Assembly (NCBI GenBank): GCA_040954595.2
Contig: CM082576.2
Span: forward strand, 1,834,760-1,898,759
Origin: Balanoglossus misakiensis
Lineage: Eukaryota; Animalia; Hemichordata
DNA: 64,000 bases
Direction: 5' to 3'
Positions 26,867 through 41,300 of the stretch are shown one piece after another. The position numbers and the translations under genes are program-made. Each line of letters opens with the position of its first letter. The stretch's first letter is position 1. A model generated the notes under the pieces. The model was not told the DNA's origin. It made no database searches and saw nothing but the letters and a program-made list of their open reading frames with translations.

Positions 26867-29800
26867 GCTTAATGTCTCCAAAAATGAAGTTGTTGGTTTA
26901 ACTGTATTTTCATCAAGTGCAATGTTTTTGAGATATTGCTCCCATATTGAGTATTGACTTCAAACTTTACTACATGTATGTTTCATTCCTCAGGAACATT
27001 CTTACTAACAGTTGACTGTTCACAGTTTGTTAGGAAGTCATTTTATTCATTTTTTGCAAATACACTTGAGATGAGTGGTGTAGTTGAATAAACTAAACTA
27101 ATTTGATTCTGTAGCTCAATAATAATTTTGTCATTTTACAATATTGATCAAATGGGAGCACAGTGTTCATGACACTATTTTATTTATTGCCATTTTGGAA
27201 AAAAAATTCGCCAAAGATTTTCTTCTCAGAATCCATGTGTACTTGTTTTAAATGTTGGTGTGCCTTTTCCTGAAATTTAGCTGGATTATCCCATATTTTT
27301 CCATATATAAATTGTTTAACAATCTTGCAAAACTTCAATTTCAAGGTGCATGCAACCTTGAACATGGTCTGTAAGATACACTATTTTAAAAATATACTAT
27401 GGTTGGTATATGTAAATATTTGGAAAAGGTGAAAATATATATTTTATATTGGTGCAAAGTCTTTGAAAGAGGTGAGAAAATTTCTATTTTATTATATATA
27501 CCGGGTATACGTGTACACATGTACAGTCAATTGCACTGTTGTTGCCAGCAAGATAAAACTGGTATTTTTCAGTGGTGATATGCAAATAAGATGAAATAGT
27601 CTTTATTAAAACAGTTTTAAAATAAAATATTTCAGCTATTTTAAATTCCCTTTGTCATTACAATCAATACCTGTACCAATAAAAATTATAGTCGTGTATG
27701 ACATGCACCAGCAGCTATCACTATCCAGTTACAGTACAGAGGTTTGCAAACTAGTCATATGGTCATCACTAATTGTCAGTATGATTAAGAACCTATATAT
27801 ATTAATGAAAATAACTCCTTTCATCAGAGATTTCCCATATTGTCGATATGCCCCAGACAGCTGGGGAACTGAACCAACATGACCTCACTTTGTATAACAA
27901 TTGATGAATAGCTTGATCAACAACTGTTTCCACAGTTTCATCATTAATACTGAAAAACAACACCCCATGTATGGCCAATACATCAGTTTGGGTCAAGTCA
28001 AGGGAACATCAATAATTATAACAGAAATTCATGACCTCCGCATGCAATCTGTGTGGTATAGAAGTTACTTTCACAATTGATTTGATGCATGAAACTACTG
28101 CTATGTAATGCTTCTCATTGTTGTATATTATATATGCAGTCTGTATGTTACATTTTTTTTCTTTCTTTTACAAAGAAAAACTTCTTTTGTCAAACAAACT
28201 GAATCTTTGGTACACAATGTACAACAATGCTAATAAAATGACATGAAATATGACTTTGAAAAGTAAGCTTTCTTTTTATTGTGAAATGCACAATTGATAT
28301 GTGTAAGTGATGAAAGGTATAGATTACTGATAGTCTATTTTGTGCTATCAGGAATTTTCTATTTTTTATACGAGGTTACCTTGAAATCTGCCTGTTTCAA
28401 GGACAGTGCGCATGGTTTGCATCTCCAGAACGCCCTCTATCAGTCATACAGTGAAATGTTGCACTTGGTCTGTCTCACCATGCACAAACACAATGCAACA
28501 AACATGAAAAACGTGACTGCCAATCAAAATCTTCTCAAGAATGATTATTATGCCTAGTCAACCCTGACCAAGTAATTACTTTTTCAGCAGTTTTAATGAC
28601 TATTCTAATAATGTTTTTGGATTGTGCGTAGTGTTTGTGTTGGCGTATACGTCTTTATGTCTAATTTTAGCTCTCTGTTGCCAATGGCAATTATAATATG
28701 AACAGTATTATAAGAATTACTGTAAATGTGACGGTTATCTTTTGAAATATATCCATGAATCTTTATCATTTGTCAAATGAATATCATTTTTAACGAATAT
28801 GAGATAACAATTTCATTTGAAATATGCTAAATAGCAGGAGTTCACCGGGAAATATCGCTTAAACTGAGAAGAAGCATTTCAAAATTCACCTCAAACAGGA
28901 ACGGGAGGCGATGCTCACATGACCATCAACTCAATTTCATCGTGTGTGACGTTAGTAATACAAACTTTTAAGAATTCAGTGTCAATACATCAAGCTGAGC
29001 TCTTTGTATTTATTGTCATTTATGCACTGAAATATTTCAATATCTGACGTAGATGGCTAGAAAGGAAAATCGATTGAATAAAAACTGCATTTATTGTGAG
29101 CAATATATATTTAGACTTGGTTGGCAAGAAGACAAGAATACATGTGACTGTGACCTTTCATTATACCAATCTGACACAAAACGATTTTACTTGGTGTCAG
29201 AACAATTATTAACATATTGTACACGTAAACTTTAAAAGACAAATCATGTAAGTGTCACTCCATAAATCCATCACAGATCATGCTTTGAAATACCATAATT
29301 ATGTTAGTCAGAAACTCCCCCCCCCAAAAAAAAAAAAAAAAAAAAATCCCTACGACATCCGCAATATATATAAAAACAACAACAACCGACATTTGGTCCA
29401 AATTCAAACTTAAGATGACAGGCGATGACAGACCGTGCATGCAACTGCAAATACATTGATACGCCACCCCACAATTTCGTTTACGTCCACTTGTATATAT
29501 ATACACACTTTGAACTGAAGATAGAGGGCGCAGTAAACACACGGACTCAAACTGTTAAACCAGGTTGTTTGTAAAACACAAATACTGCCCCTGAAAAATT
29601 GTTAGTTTTATCTGGTATGAACGTAGCAAGTGACACGTCGTGCACGCGTGAAAAGTCAAATAAGCTCCAATAAAATTATACAGCAAGGGAGCTGACATAC
29701 ATACATATAATGTAGCTGTCAGGCCAGACTATTCTACTGCCGCCCTTTTTTATAAACAATTGTAGCTCGAGGTCAAAAACGAAAAAACACATGTAATCAT

Positions 29801-32800
29801 ATGTATCCTTTATCAGAAACGTCGTGTCAAACGATTTAAGGTTATCACCATAGAAACTAACAGCTGGTGCAACTGCACTCCTGTTGCCTTTGCGAGAGCG
29901 ATCGCCATTACAAAATATAACGATACAACAATAATAAAAACTGACTGATTTGAATTTTTTAATTAGGAAAATGGAATCGGAATATTTTGTTAAGTTGAAT
30001 ATGTATTGTTTAATAATCAGTTATGTAACAATATGCATTGCTTGATATTGATTGATATACGTCACAGATTTCATGAAATTGCATGAAAAGCAGACAAGGT
30101 TTTGACAAAAAATAACGTTAAATTATTAGTCCCCATGATTATCATCAACTGATTTATTTGAATAGATTCAATTGGAATTATCCTTATCATATTATTAAAA
30201 TATCACGCGGATATCGGAGCAAATGACTTGAAAGGACTGATTTTTAAATATTGCCATGTTTAAATGTGTTTTCCAGCCGCACTCGTCGTTGCCATGACTA
30301 CCGTCGCTGAAAGCAATGTGGTACTGTTTGGCATTCCTGTTTGTATATGCTCGCCCAAACTCCACTAGCGAACAACTGGTCATGGATGGAATGTTAGATA
30401 CATCACTAAGATTGACGGTGAACACCCTAGAAACTGCATTCAACATTGCCGTGGGCAAATACCAACAAATGCAAATATTCTGAGTAAACTTTGCTTTACA
30501 GTGTCTCGAATTGCTGTTCTAATATGCCACATACATTTGCAATTTAACGAGGACAGTCTTGCTCGAATTATGCGCATTTTGAATCCTCGCAAGTGAATGT
30601 GAGTGTATAAATAAGATTGGGCTCTGTGTGGGCAGTAGTTAGATTTACCGTCACCATGGCTACGACATCACTATAGGCATGAATGTAGTGCTTTATGAAA
30701 AGCGCATTTCAGTATTGTCCTGGTAACCTAGAGATATTTCATCGCATGATAACAGAGACTTGTTGAACCTTTATTATTTGACGTTTGTATTTCCATATGA
30801 GACAGCGAAGGTAATTTTGAAATTTCCGTGCAAGGTTTGGGCAAATTGTGTGTGACAGCTGGATTGAGATATCCAAATAGCACTGGTTTCATTTTGACAG
30901 ATCCACAGGTCGTTTTCTTACCGAAAAAAATGATTTATTCTAAACAGCATTGTTTTTTTTTTTCGTTTCATTCGCCAGTGGCCAAACACAGACGTGGAAT
31001 CACCAACTTGTTTGGCCTTCCTTCTCATGTTTCTAGTCAAATTTATTACACACAACTAGACACATTTCTATCCGGAAATACTGACTCATTCAAGGAAGTC
31101 CCCAGGTAAAATTCTGAAAGGCGGTACGTATTCAACGGTTGTTAGACTTCAATGCGAACACATTTTCAATTACTGTTTCTATTTCTGCTCCGAATGGAAT
31201 AACACCTGGGTAAGTGGTTATATTAAAAGATCGAAAATGGATTTTGCATCGACGCTGACTCCTTTCTCTGAATATCTTAATATAACGGATACTGACAGTT
31301 TTTGAACCCCGTTTCTTAACCACAAAAGTGAAAGACTAGAAGAGTAACTCAAACTACTAAAATGCAGTCAAGTATTACTAGTAATTCATCGACGTATTAA
31401 TTAAAACATAGTGAAGAAAAATAAACTTAATAAATAAAATGGATAGTAGCTATGATTTTAGTATTATTCGTCAATTATAGGTCCACAAGAATAACGATAT
31501 GGTAGTTTCTCAAAAATTGTTTGCCGAGCACGGGATGACGCAGTATGTCAACATATCCCTTATTAGATATTCCAAGTAGGCCTACGTGTATAATGATTAT
31601 CAGCCATGCCAACACTACAGCCTGTAACTGTATGTCTCGTGATACGCAAATCTAACACGATACCGTTAGGTCCTACAGCAAACGATAAAGATGCTGGCTA
31701 TAGGTGTCTGTACTAACAGTTTCATCTCAATAAAGACGTATAGCTCTGAAAGATACTAGTACTGGGAATTATACCTGACATGCGCAGTTTAAGGTAACTG
31801 TCTGATTCCGCCAGATGATCGAACGGTTACATACAATTTGACACATAAAATCATTAAATGCGCACGCTTGAGTAAATACCAGTTAAGGGTCCGTTCCCGT
31901 AAACCCAAGCATGCTAGTGTGTTCAAATCCCCTCCTTAACTTTTCTCTTGTCATCTAGAAAATAGAGGTCTATCCATTTATAATTTTCAACGGTTTCTAT
32001 GGTGACCCACGCAAGCAACACCAAGCAGTGCAAGTTCACCTGTATGTTTCAGTGATTGTCAATTAATAAATTCACATTTTACACAGTCATCTGTTCTGTA
32101 CACCCGAAAGCACGATTCTTGTACAGCTCCACATTAACCCGCTGGCCATACTCCTGTCCAGAAAGACGAATATTATAGCTAACACATTTCGCCTCCATCT
32201 TAATGACTGGTTGTCATTTTATGTTAGATTATAGATGTGTCTTAAAAGTCGACAGGTTGATACTGTCCATTGATGGTTTTGATGAATCGGTGTCTGTAGA
32301 GTGAGAGTCATGGTTGAGCCTGGCAACGATACATGGCAACAAGAAAAATACAGCTTTCACAACAGAAGGTTCTTTTCATATTATAAGCATATGCTAGTCG
32401 TTGACGTCATTGAACTGTTCATTAGTGCACAAATAAGCAATGTGGACTAGAATGGGCATGACAATGACTGCATTGTTAGCTTTCTTATTAGAAACTGTCA
32501 CGTGACCACAAATGTGTTTGCATTATGTTCTCAAAAATGACGTGCAAATTGATAAACCGTTAAAAATATGGAGCAACACAACATAAATTTATTTTCAAAA
32601 TAAAACTTGAAACGACGTAATTTTGATAAAATACACTTATCAGTTTGACTTTTGTGGACATTGTCTTGTCCACTGATTTCATATCATATTACATGTAATT
32701 GTAATCAAGATTAAGGTCTTGGTGATTTCGGAATGTACATTTTTTATGAGAGGAAGTCGTTACATCGTCAACATGAAACATTATTTAAGGTTGTGACTTA

Positions 32801-35356
32801 TTTACAACTTGAATGTGTTAAATTGTTCGTGTGTCGTGTACATCGGTGGAAAAAATCCCACAAAATTCGAGGATTTTTTTTGACGACTTTGATTTCTCTC
32901 GCGCTCGGAGTGTTGCACATCCTGTAACTTCCTGCACATCCTGTAACTTCGTAAGATTTTCAGCCGCAATGATCGGACGGTGATCAAGCTACTTTGGATT
33001 ACTTACCTTTTTACAGTAGTGAATGTAATGATAAAGTGTACATGTATATATATATATACATGTGATATCGAATGAATTTGCAACTAAAGCACAGTGACCG
33101 CAGTTAGTTGCGGGTTAAACAAAGGAAAGGCGAAAATTTCAACAACTGGTTTCGTTATTTAATATAGCCTTTATTGAATCGTCATTGTTGGCAACAGAAT
33201 AAGTGAAGTAAATTTTACTTAATTTCTTCAAAAACGGTAAAAACCCCTTCCGACATGGGACATACATGTATTTTGAACCTTTGGCGGTAGATCGTGTCCG
33301 ATAGCCACTTTACACTAATACGAGGAAAACAGACTAGCGTTGAACAAAATCAGCTTCAAACCTATAGTTTTTTGACAGTTATGTAACATTACGTTCTCCA
33401 TTGCTACAAATATTCAGTATCTTCTTAATGTTAAAATAGACCTGTTTAGCATTGGCTATCATAAGCTGATGGACGATTTCAAACTGTGTCCACACACCAG
33501 TTCACAAAAAGTGGGTGATTAAAATTACAGGTATTAAATACACATCAGCTTTAATTTGATTGTCGTAGAAACAACTGCGGTAACGTAGAAAGTCGAGAAA
33601 ATCTGAATTTGACAGATCCAAAAACCAAATGAATGGCAATTTCCTAAAAATATCTTCTAAAATTGTCTTAACATAAATGATTCTGTATCATTTTTGTAAC
33701 GTTAGTCTGACTCATCGTAATAAAATCAACCAAAAGTGTATTTTCTACGATATTTCAGCGAAATTCAGTGTAAAAGGATTGTGAATATCGAACAAATGTA
33801 GAAAGACTGAATGATTGTGTAAGTTTTAAGCTATTCTAACAGTGGAGAGAGGTGGTTGCCATAGCGACATGACATCAATCACATGAATAATGAGACAGGC
33901 AAATGCAACGAGATGTGTGTGCGATTTCAACGCGACAACCATATCTGCACTGGAAAATTACAGCGCCTAATTAAAATCCAAATTAATCTGTAATGCAATA
34001 TTGCCATCTGTTTTCGTTTTCAGACATCCACGTTGATGCATTCGTGATTTCAGAATAAATGAAAAGGCGAGATCATTATGCCAAACGCCATATGTAAATT
34101 TCTTGTATGTGACAGCTTCAGGAGACGCAAAAATAAATGTTATGTACAGACAGAATTTAACTGTGTCTTGTTTGCAAAGATATATACAGCGAGAAATCTC
34201 AAGACTTCACACAAAATTATGTAAAATGACAGCCTCCAACGGTAGCAAATGCTAGTTGGCATAGCAAAAAAGGAAGGAATTGAAAGGTACGCTGTTAACA
34301 CCAGCCTACTGGGGAAATGTAGTCTGCTTGATTGTCAAAATATGACGAGATCTTCATATTTTCGGGGAAGAACAACCAAAACAAGCCGCTAACAACATAA
34401 CTCGGATAAATTCTGATAGCACTTCATAAAATAGGAACGCGTGTAATTGAAAATGTAAGAATACTGTGCACTGAACGTGTTGACGAAGATGGATTTTCCT
34501 TCTTTTGCTATGGCTGTATACACAGTTATATTTCACAATGACACGATTGTCATTTCTTAAAAGTATATATAAAAATAAGCCCCTTTGCACAAATTATTTG
34601 TGGGACTGTCAGCAGAGACATACAGTGTTTGTCATGTAGATTTTCTAAAAAGGCTATAAGCAGTGATTCATTATTTATAGGCAGCCGAAAATATTGCCAA
34701 TAGTCAGATAGGCAACTCCGTATCATCTACTCTGCTATCAGACCTGTCATTTGCTCTGCTCCCCCACAGACCTCCATCGCTTATCATTCTGTAAAGAATA
34801 CAATTGCATAGCTTTTTAATCGACATTTCAAAAACGACTCATCAACATTCTCATTTACATTGGTTTCACATCACATCAAATCAAATAAATGCTACGAAGT
34901 TTGAAACCGTACAAGAAACAAATCTTCCAAAAGTATAATAGTCCCTGTAAAATTTCGGTAGCTGTAGTCGTGCTTTGAAAGAAGTAAATTTTGTAAGGTG
35001 CACTTTCGAATTGGACGTTTTCTTTATGCTGACTCGCGACATATCGTCCATATTGACTCTGTTGTCTGGCTTTGTCATAGAGTCAGATTGGCGACATTGG
35101 CACATAATGTATGCAATACTGGAGGTGCATGATGTAGCACCGGCATCAAGGCCATCTCCATCAAATATGGCGAGTGTTATTTCAGTGACGCTTTATGACT
35201 AGACAATTAACTTTCTCTTGTAAATGATACCTGCGACATTCCGCCTCGGACCAGCCAGGGATTTTCTCGTCAGTTTTCGATATCTCTAGTAGTGTAACTC
35301 AGATATGTAATACACATGACTGGTACCCTTGTGTTAATATCTTCCTGTTTGAGACA

Positions 35357-38300
35357 TCACATCTTCTCCGTTTCCTGTAACTTGTTGTCAAGCATGGCAA
35401 GCGCTCCAACACCTTGCGACAGTCCGCCATTACGATGATGATGGCCCATGCCCATGCCCCGGTTCTGTGATGTTTCGTACAGCTGTTTTTGCATGACGGC
35501 TAACGAAACCTTGTTGGCTGCCAAAAAGTCTTTCATGGAGATCATCTCTCCAGACATCCGCCTACCGTCCGTGTCACTGTCGTACGTTGAGTCTACATCT
35601 GTCACCTCTACATTTTTATCCTTCTTCTGTCCTGCACCTTGCTGTTGTCGTTGTCTTTGTTGAAGGTGTCCCGGGGTTATTGCGTTTCGTCTCGGCCGCG
35701 GTTTCCTTCGAACGCAGCAGCGACAGTCTAACTTTTTAATGCACCAATTGAGAAATTGCTTGATGATAATTGAAAGCACGTTGAACATTGAGTAAATGCA
35801 AAGGACGCCAAGTAATAGAGAAAGAAAGTTGCCGATTCTGTAGAGTGACTGCATCGGATAGGCAGGTTCCTGACTGGGGACATAATCACCAAATCCTATT
35901 GTGCTGAAGGCAACGAAGCAGAAATAAATTGCATCAAGGTATCTCCATTCTTCTACTGATGAATACATAGCCGACGCGCAACATGCTATAATGATGGCAG
36001 ATATTGTTAGGATAACCATGACGTAATACACGGATGGTTTCCAATTGTCCAGATTATCTTCAGATCCTTGTGAGCCCCGCCTCTCTGGTTTGGGCCCCGG
36101 ATTTGCGCCTTGTTTTTTCTTCAGTTGTCTCATGTGCCAAGATCTCATTACAAAAGCGAGAAATGTGATGAGACGTTCCAAGAAAATGTTGAAGTAAAGA
36201 ATGGTGGCACCACTTCCTATAAGGCCGTAACCGATGAGTACGCACTTGCCCAAATTTGTCGACGGCGACGTCATACCAAAACCTGAAATAAAAAAAAAAC
36301 ATCAAATATTTTTTAGAATGAACAAATGGAAGATATAATAAACCCGCATGACATTTCAGCGATGCGCTTGAACAGTAATTAGAAAATTTAAAACTATCGT
36401 TATTAATTTAGAATCAAAACCATGTAAAACGCACACAGTGTCAATTTCAACGCAAGGTTTACTAAATATATGTATATTTTATTTAGGCTATGTAATTTTT
36501 TGCATTGTGCGTTCATATTTGCTGGATACTGTCAATGTTTTGATGGAATAATTCACACTGGAATATGAAATAATATTTTTTTCCATAAGGAATAATGAAA
36601 TGTTTCCGTTTAAAATGTGTCATTTTTAGTTGTTCACCATTCACGAAACGCAAGGACATGTTTTTTTAACATTTCTGATTAAATCCAATATGGCGTCTGT
36701 CGACGTCTTTGTCAGGATCTCATCATCAACGGTTTCACTTAAATGGACTCGTAAAATGACACGCATCGCTTAGAATTCCAGCTAGAGGGTCATTATATAA
36801 ATAAAAAGAGGATAGCACAGGATTTAAAGCAGGGTTTATCTATTGACTGTGAAGATGGGATCTGAATAAGGAATGCCTTTCCAATAATTGATTATATTTC
36901 TAACAAAAATTGGAGCGCTTTTAGTTCAATGGAAAACGATCTTTGTCTAACAACCCCTCATGCTTTGACATGAACAGATACAAGCATGTGACATGTCACG
37001 TCCTATGAACAACACACAGACTAAACCCGACTCATCCCAAATATTAAAAAAGGAGAATAGTTATTTATCTTTGCTTTCTTTCCATTTCAGGGATAAAAAT
37101 AATTTACAAGTAGTACTGTGCTGTCATTGATGGACTCACTGAAAACAATTTTATTATCCATAATATATTATGCATATATGCAGCAAACGGGCGTTGCCGT
37201 GACAGCGAGCATACCGAGCGTTGTCTGCGATTTCCTGTGAGGACTATAGTCTGTCTATACAGACCGCTTTTACAATGCAGTTTCGAACATACAATTGTAT
37301 ACCAATTTTCCATAAAATAAAGAGCGGAGGAAATTCATTCGAATAGAGTTGTCTAGGTTAAACATACGACAACGAGTCCCTTGTTTACAAGCGACGGGAC
37401 TTTCATCCATTAATGACGCCGCATTTACAAAGCTTTTACAGTGCATTTTGCCCGTTGTTAGACATTAGGCCCTGATAACATTCTCGTTGAAATAGACGTA
37501 AATATGTATCTCCGCTAACACAGGAACAATTTCAAAATTCGAGAACAGAAATTCAAATGTTAGGCCTATAGTCCAGTTGATATTGTGACCTGCATAACAC
37601 GGTATACCAAAGTGTAGACAATGATTACCTTTGTATGTATGTAGGCCTATGTATGTACATGTATAGGTCTATATGTACGTACGTACGTACGTATATATGT
37701 ATGTACATGTATGTGTGTGCTCTAAATTCGAGTTCGTCCCTATGCATAAAAAGGGCTCATAGGTTAGAATGTAAATGTATGACTGTAACTAGGGATATGC
37801 AGTTCGGTCAACAGAACCAGGCCTTGCGGTATTAAGGGACCTAGGTCGGCTTAATTGTAGCGACATGCGCACTACGAAATATAGCTATTCACAGAGCAAT
37901 TTGTGTATGACCTGGGTGTGCTTAGTCTGCTGTGTGGTTGCCTTAGCAACCGGTAGTACTGACAGTACACAGCATACGACTGACAGGGCTCGTCCTGTTT
38001 ACAAGTGTTCAGATCGAAGCACACTATTAGATATAGATATGGTTATTTTAGCGCCATCGAAAATGTCATAAAAATTGATAGAAAACACATGCACATATAA
38101 CCACGGTACTGGGAATCCACCTCCCGCCCCCGCACTGCTCTCCATGTCAAAGAATATCAAATAATATACTAAAACGACAAAAGATATTTGGTGGAAAATT
38201 TGCAAGAGGAAAAACAACCGAGAGAAACAGACAGAGGCACACAGACAGTGAAGTGTGTCTTTGCTGGAAACGTTCTTGGGAAATGATGGATTGAGAATAT

Positions 38301-41300
38301 TGGGGGCAGGTATGTAGAGTAAAGAACTCATGAATATTTTAACGGTTTTTGGATAAACACGCTCTAATGACAAAAACAATAGACTATAACTCCACTTTAT
38401 GTTATAGCAAAAAAGTAAAGATGATTGCATTTCTATAGGGTTGTCTAAAATTAGGCCCAAATGAATGAATGAAGCTTGAATATACTGCCTGCAGGATAAT
38501 ATGAAGAAGGCGGTAAATATTATTAGCATTGTCCGTCCTCTGAGGTCAAATCATAAATCTGGTGAAATTTCATGGACCAAACACTAGCGAAAGTACAATA
38601 GGTTCAACACAGATTGGGTATTGCAAATTTCACCAAATTTCCGGGAACGCCGACTAGCTTCAGTCGACTCAGAATATCAGCAGTTTAAAGCCGTTATGCC
38701 TGGAAACACACAATTTCTTGAAATTAAGTCGGCATTCCCCGGAAATTGTGCAATGTGCACTCGGCGCCTACCCGTGCAGCACCGGTGTTTTCAGCTCACA
38801 GTAGTTCCTTCAATATCCTGGCTAGGAAAATTTCACATAGCTATCAGCAGTAACATTTATCTCTAAGAAATATACATTCCCCCCAAAATGACAAAAACAA
38901 AAGCCGACTTTGTCGCATTGCCGAACTCTTTTCGTGGCTCTGTAAAAAAGGTGACTCTTAGAAAATGGTGCACAGGTTACTAAAGCTCAAATTAGCTGCT
39001 TTATAAGCAGCGTTTGTCCATGTTATTCTATCATGCTATTTCATGCAAACTATTTCTTTTCATAGATTTCGTAATGACGCTAATGACATTTGAACAAAAA
39101 GCTTCACTATTAAGGAGGGTTATGAAACGCCAGCCACACGACCCGTGTGGATCAGTTACCATAGGCTGAATCATTACCATGACAACACACCAAGGCCGAG
39201 GACTCTGACTTCCATGGCAGTAGAATAATTACGACGGCGTGTCCATAATAATTTGCACACAGTCTATGTCAAAGTTCGACATATATTTTAAAGAATACGT
39301 TTGAATAGTCTGTTTTCACAGAAATGCCGAATATATTGTTCAACCGATTTTTCCTAAGTATGCAGTTTGTAAGATAATATGCTCATGTAGCGATCTGAAA
39401 ATATTCCTGGATGGATTACAACGTACATTTCACGTTTTATTTTGTAAATTCATATAAACCACGAGGTAGCAAAACCAAGAAGCCACTATGTTGGATTATA
39501 ATCTTTCGTAGGTGAAGGGAAAATATAACATATTATACATTCCGAACGTAATTTGTGTCGGAATAATATATATATAAGTATATGTAACAGAAGGCGGCAC
39601 TTTCTACGATAACATACTTTGTTGTACATAATTTTAAAATGAGCAAAACATTGCCAGAATCAAAGCACATTTATGTCATAAAGTTGAGTATAAACCTCAG
39701 TGGAGAGGTGATTTAACACACATGTCACGATCAACTCCTGACTATGTTGATACTTATGAAACCTGATCTATCTGCGCAATAAAGGGTTTCGATGATGACA
39801 TAATTACAGGTAATACAATACACGCTAGGATTTAACATATTTAATAAACTGACCAAAATCTGATCTGTAAGAGAAGAAAAATGATTGCAAAGCCTCTGGT
39901 ACTCGTATCCGCTAATACAAACACAAATTAAAGAATATCTTGGGGCGTTTTGCGTACGACAGTAAATTGTGCTAATTAGTGTAACATGGCTTCAACTCAA
40001 CGCTTTGTGCATGCTGTGAGACATGAACTATATTTAATCGACCTGACATCAATTGTTAACATGACATGTAATATGTTTGAAATGGGCATATTTTTTCTAT
40101 ACAATTTCAAGCTAGAAAAAGACGGTAGATTAGACAATATTTACATGGAACGGATAACAAACACCAAGTGACAGTGGACGTTTTGAACATTAATGCCGCC
40201 AAGAGAAAAATGAACAATCACGTTTGAAACTCTGAAATCACTTTGTATTCTGAAGATGCGTCCAGCTATTCCGAAGTGACATCAACGCCCAGTATCGAAT
40301 ACAGCAGCATATAGCAGGCTATATTGATGAATAAGAGATAGGGTAAATGGCTGTAAACATGCGCTCTCAGGTCAATGAAGTAAATTTAAAAGAAGTGACT
40401 GACACCCAACTGCCATTGTCAGTAGTGGAAAACCAAAATGTGATTTAATTTCACAACTAAAATACGTTTTCTTTGTCACCGGTTTTGTTTGGATTATTTT
40501 CTTAGAAGACGACCACATTGAGCTCTCCGCCGGGGTGAAATATATTAGATAATCACGTTATGTAACAGAAACAGAAACAAACAAAAGTTGGTGTCCAGGT
40601 ACGAAAGGTGCGTCTCCATGACAATATGACATACGTCACTATAGCTGTAACACAATAAGGAAATCTCTCCGTTGCCAGGCAATGACGTGCAAATGCAAAT
40701 CAAGTACAAATAGTAAAATAAACAAAGTAGACTCGAACAGTCGACATATTTAAAAGGCGTAGTCAACAATGGCATGCCCTCAACAAATAAATCAAATGAA
40801 AGTCTTTCGAGTTGATGGCAAACAATTTCGACGAATTTCCTGGTCACCATTGGCGTACATTTTAATAGTGACGTCATCATACTAGTATATTCAGTCGTTT
40901 GATTGCAACGAACGAAAGCCGGCTACAATGCAAAAGGAGATGTATATATGTGATATTTTGTCTGATAATTGTACGGGTACCTTTGGTTATCATCGAATTT
41001 ACATTTGAATCGGTACATTTCTTTTCGTTCCATTTTGCGCTTTCCGCAAATAGCATTTGATTCAGAACTCTTCTATATTTTTCCATACGTAAAATATGAA
41101 ATATGACAGGCTGGAGGATTTTTCTTCTAAGTCAAACTATGCATTCTGATCAAATAATGTATATTGCAGCTACAGCCGGTCTTCAACAGCACCACACAAA
41201 AATGACGTACCTAATTTTAAGGTTCAAATATTTAGAACTGTTTCCACGCATTTTATATTTGTCAAAAAGCTACATGATTTACTCTGAGTACAAAACTTCG

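Noticed and set aside
32914-32950. 19-bp tandem duplication, and the homopolymer junctions at 3512-3536 and 29317-29346
   Set aside because: Ordinary slippage products with no sign of function.
37999-38529. 176-aa hydrophobic ORF in the THIK intron
   Set aside because: F/L/I/S-rich composition typical of the reverse strand of A-rich non-coding DNA, with no recognisable domain.
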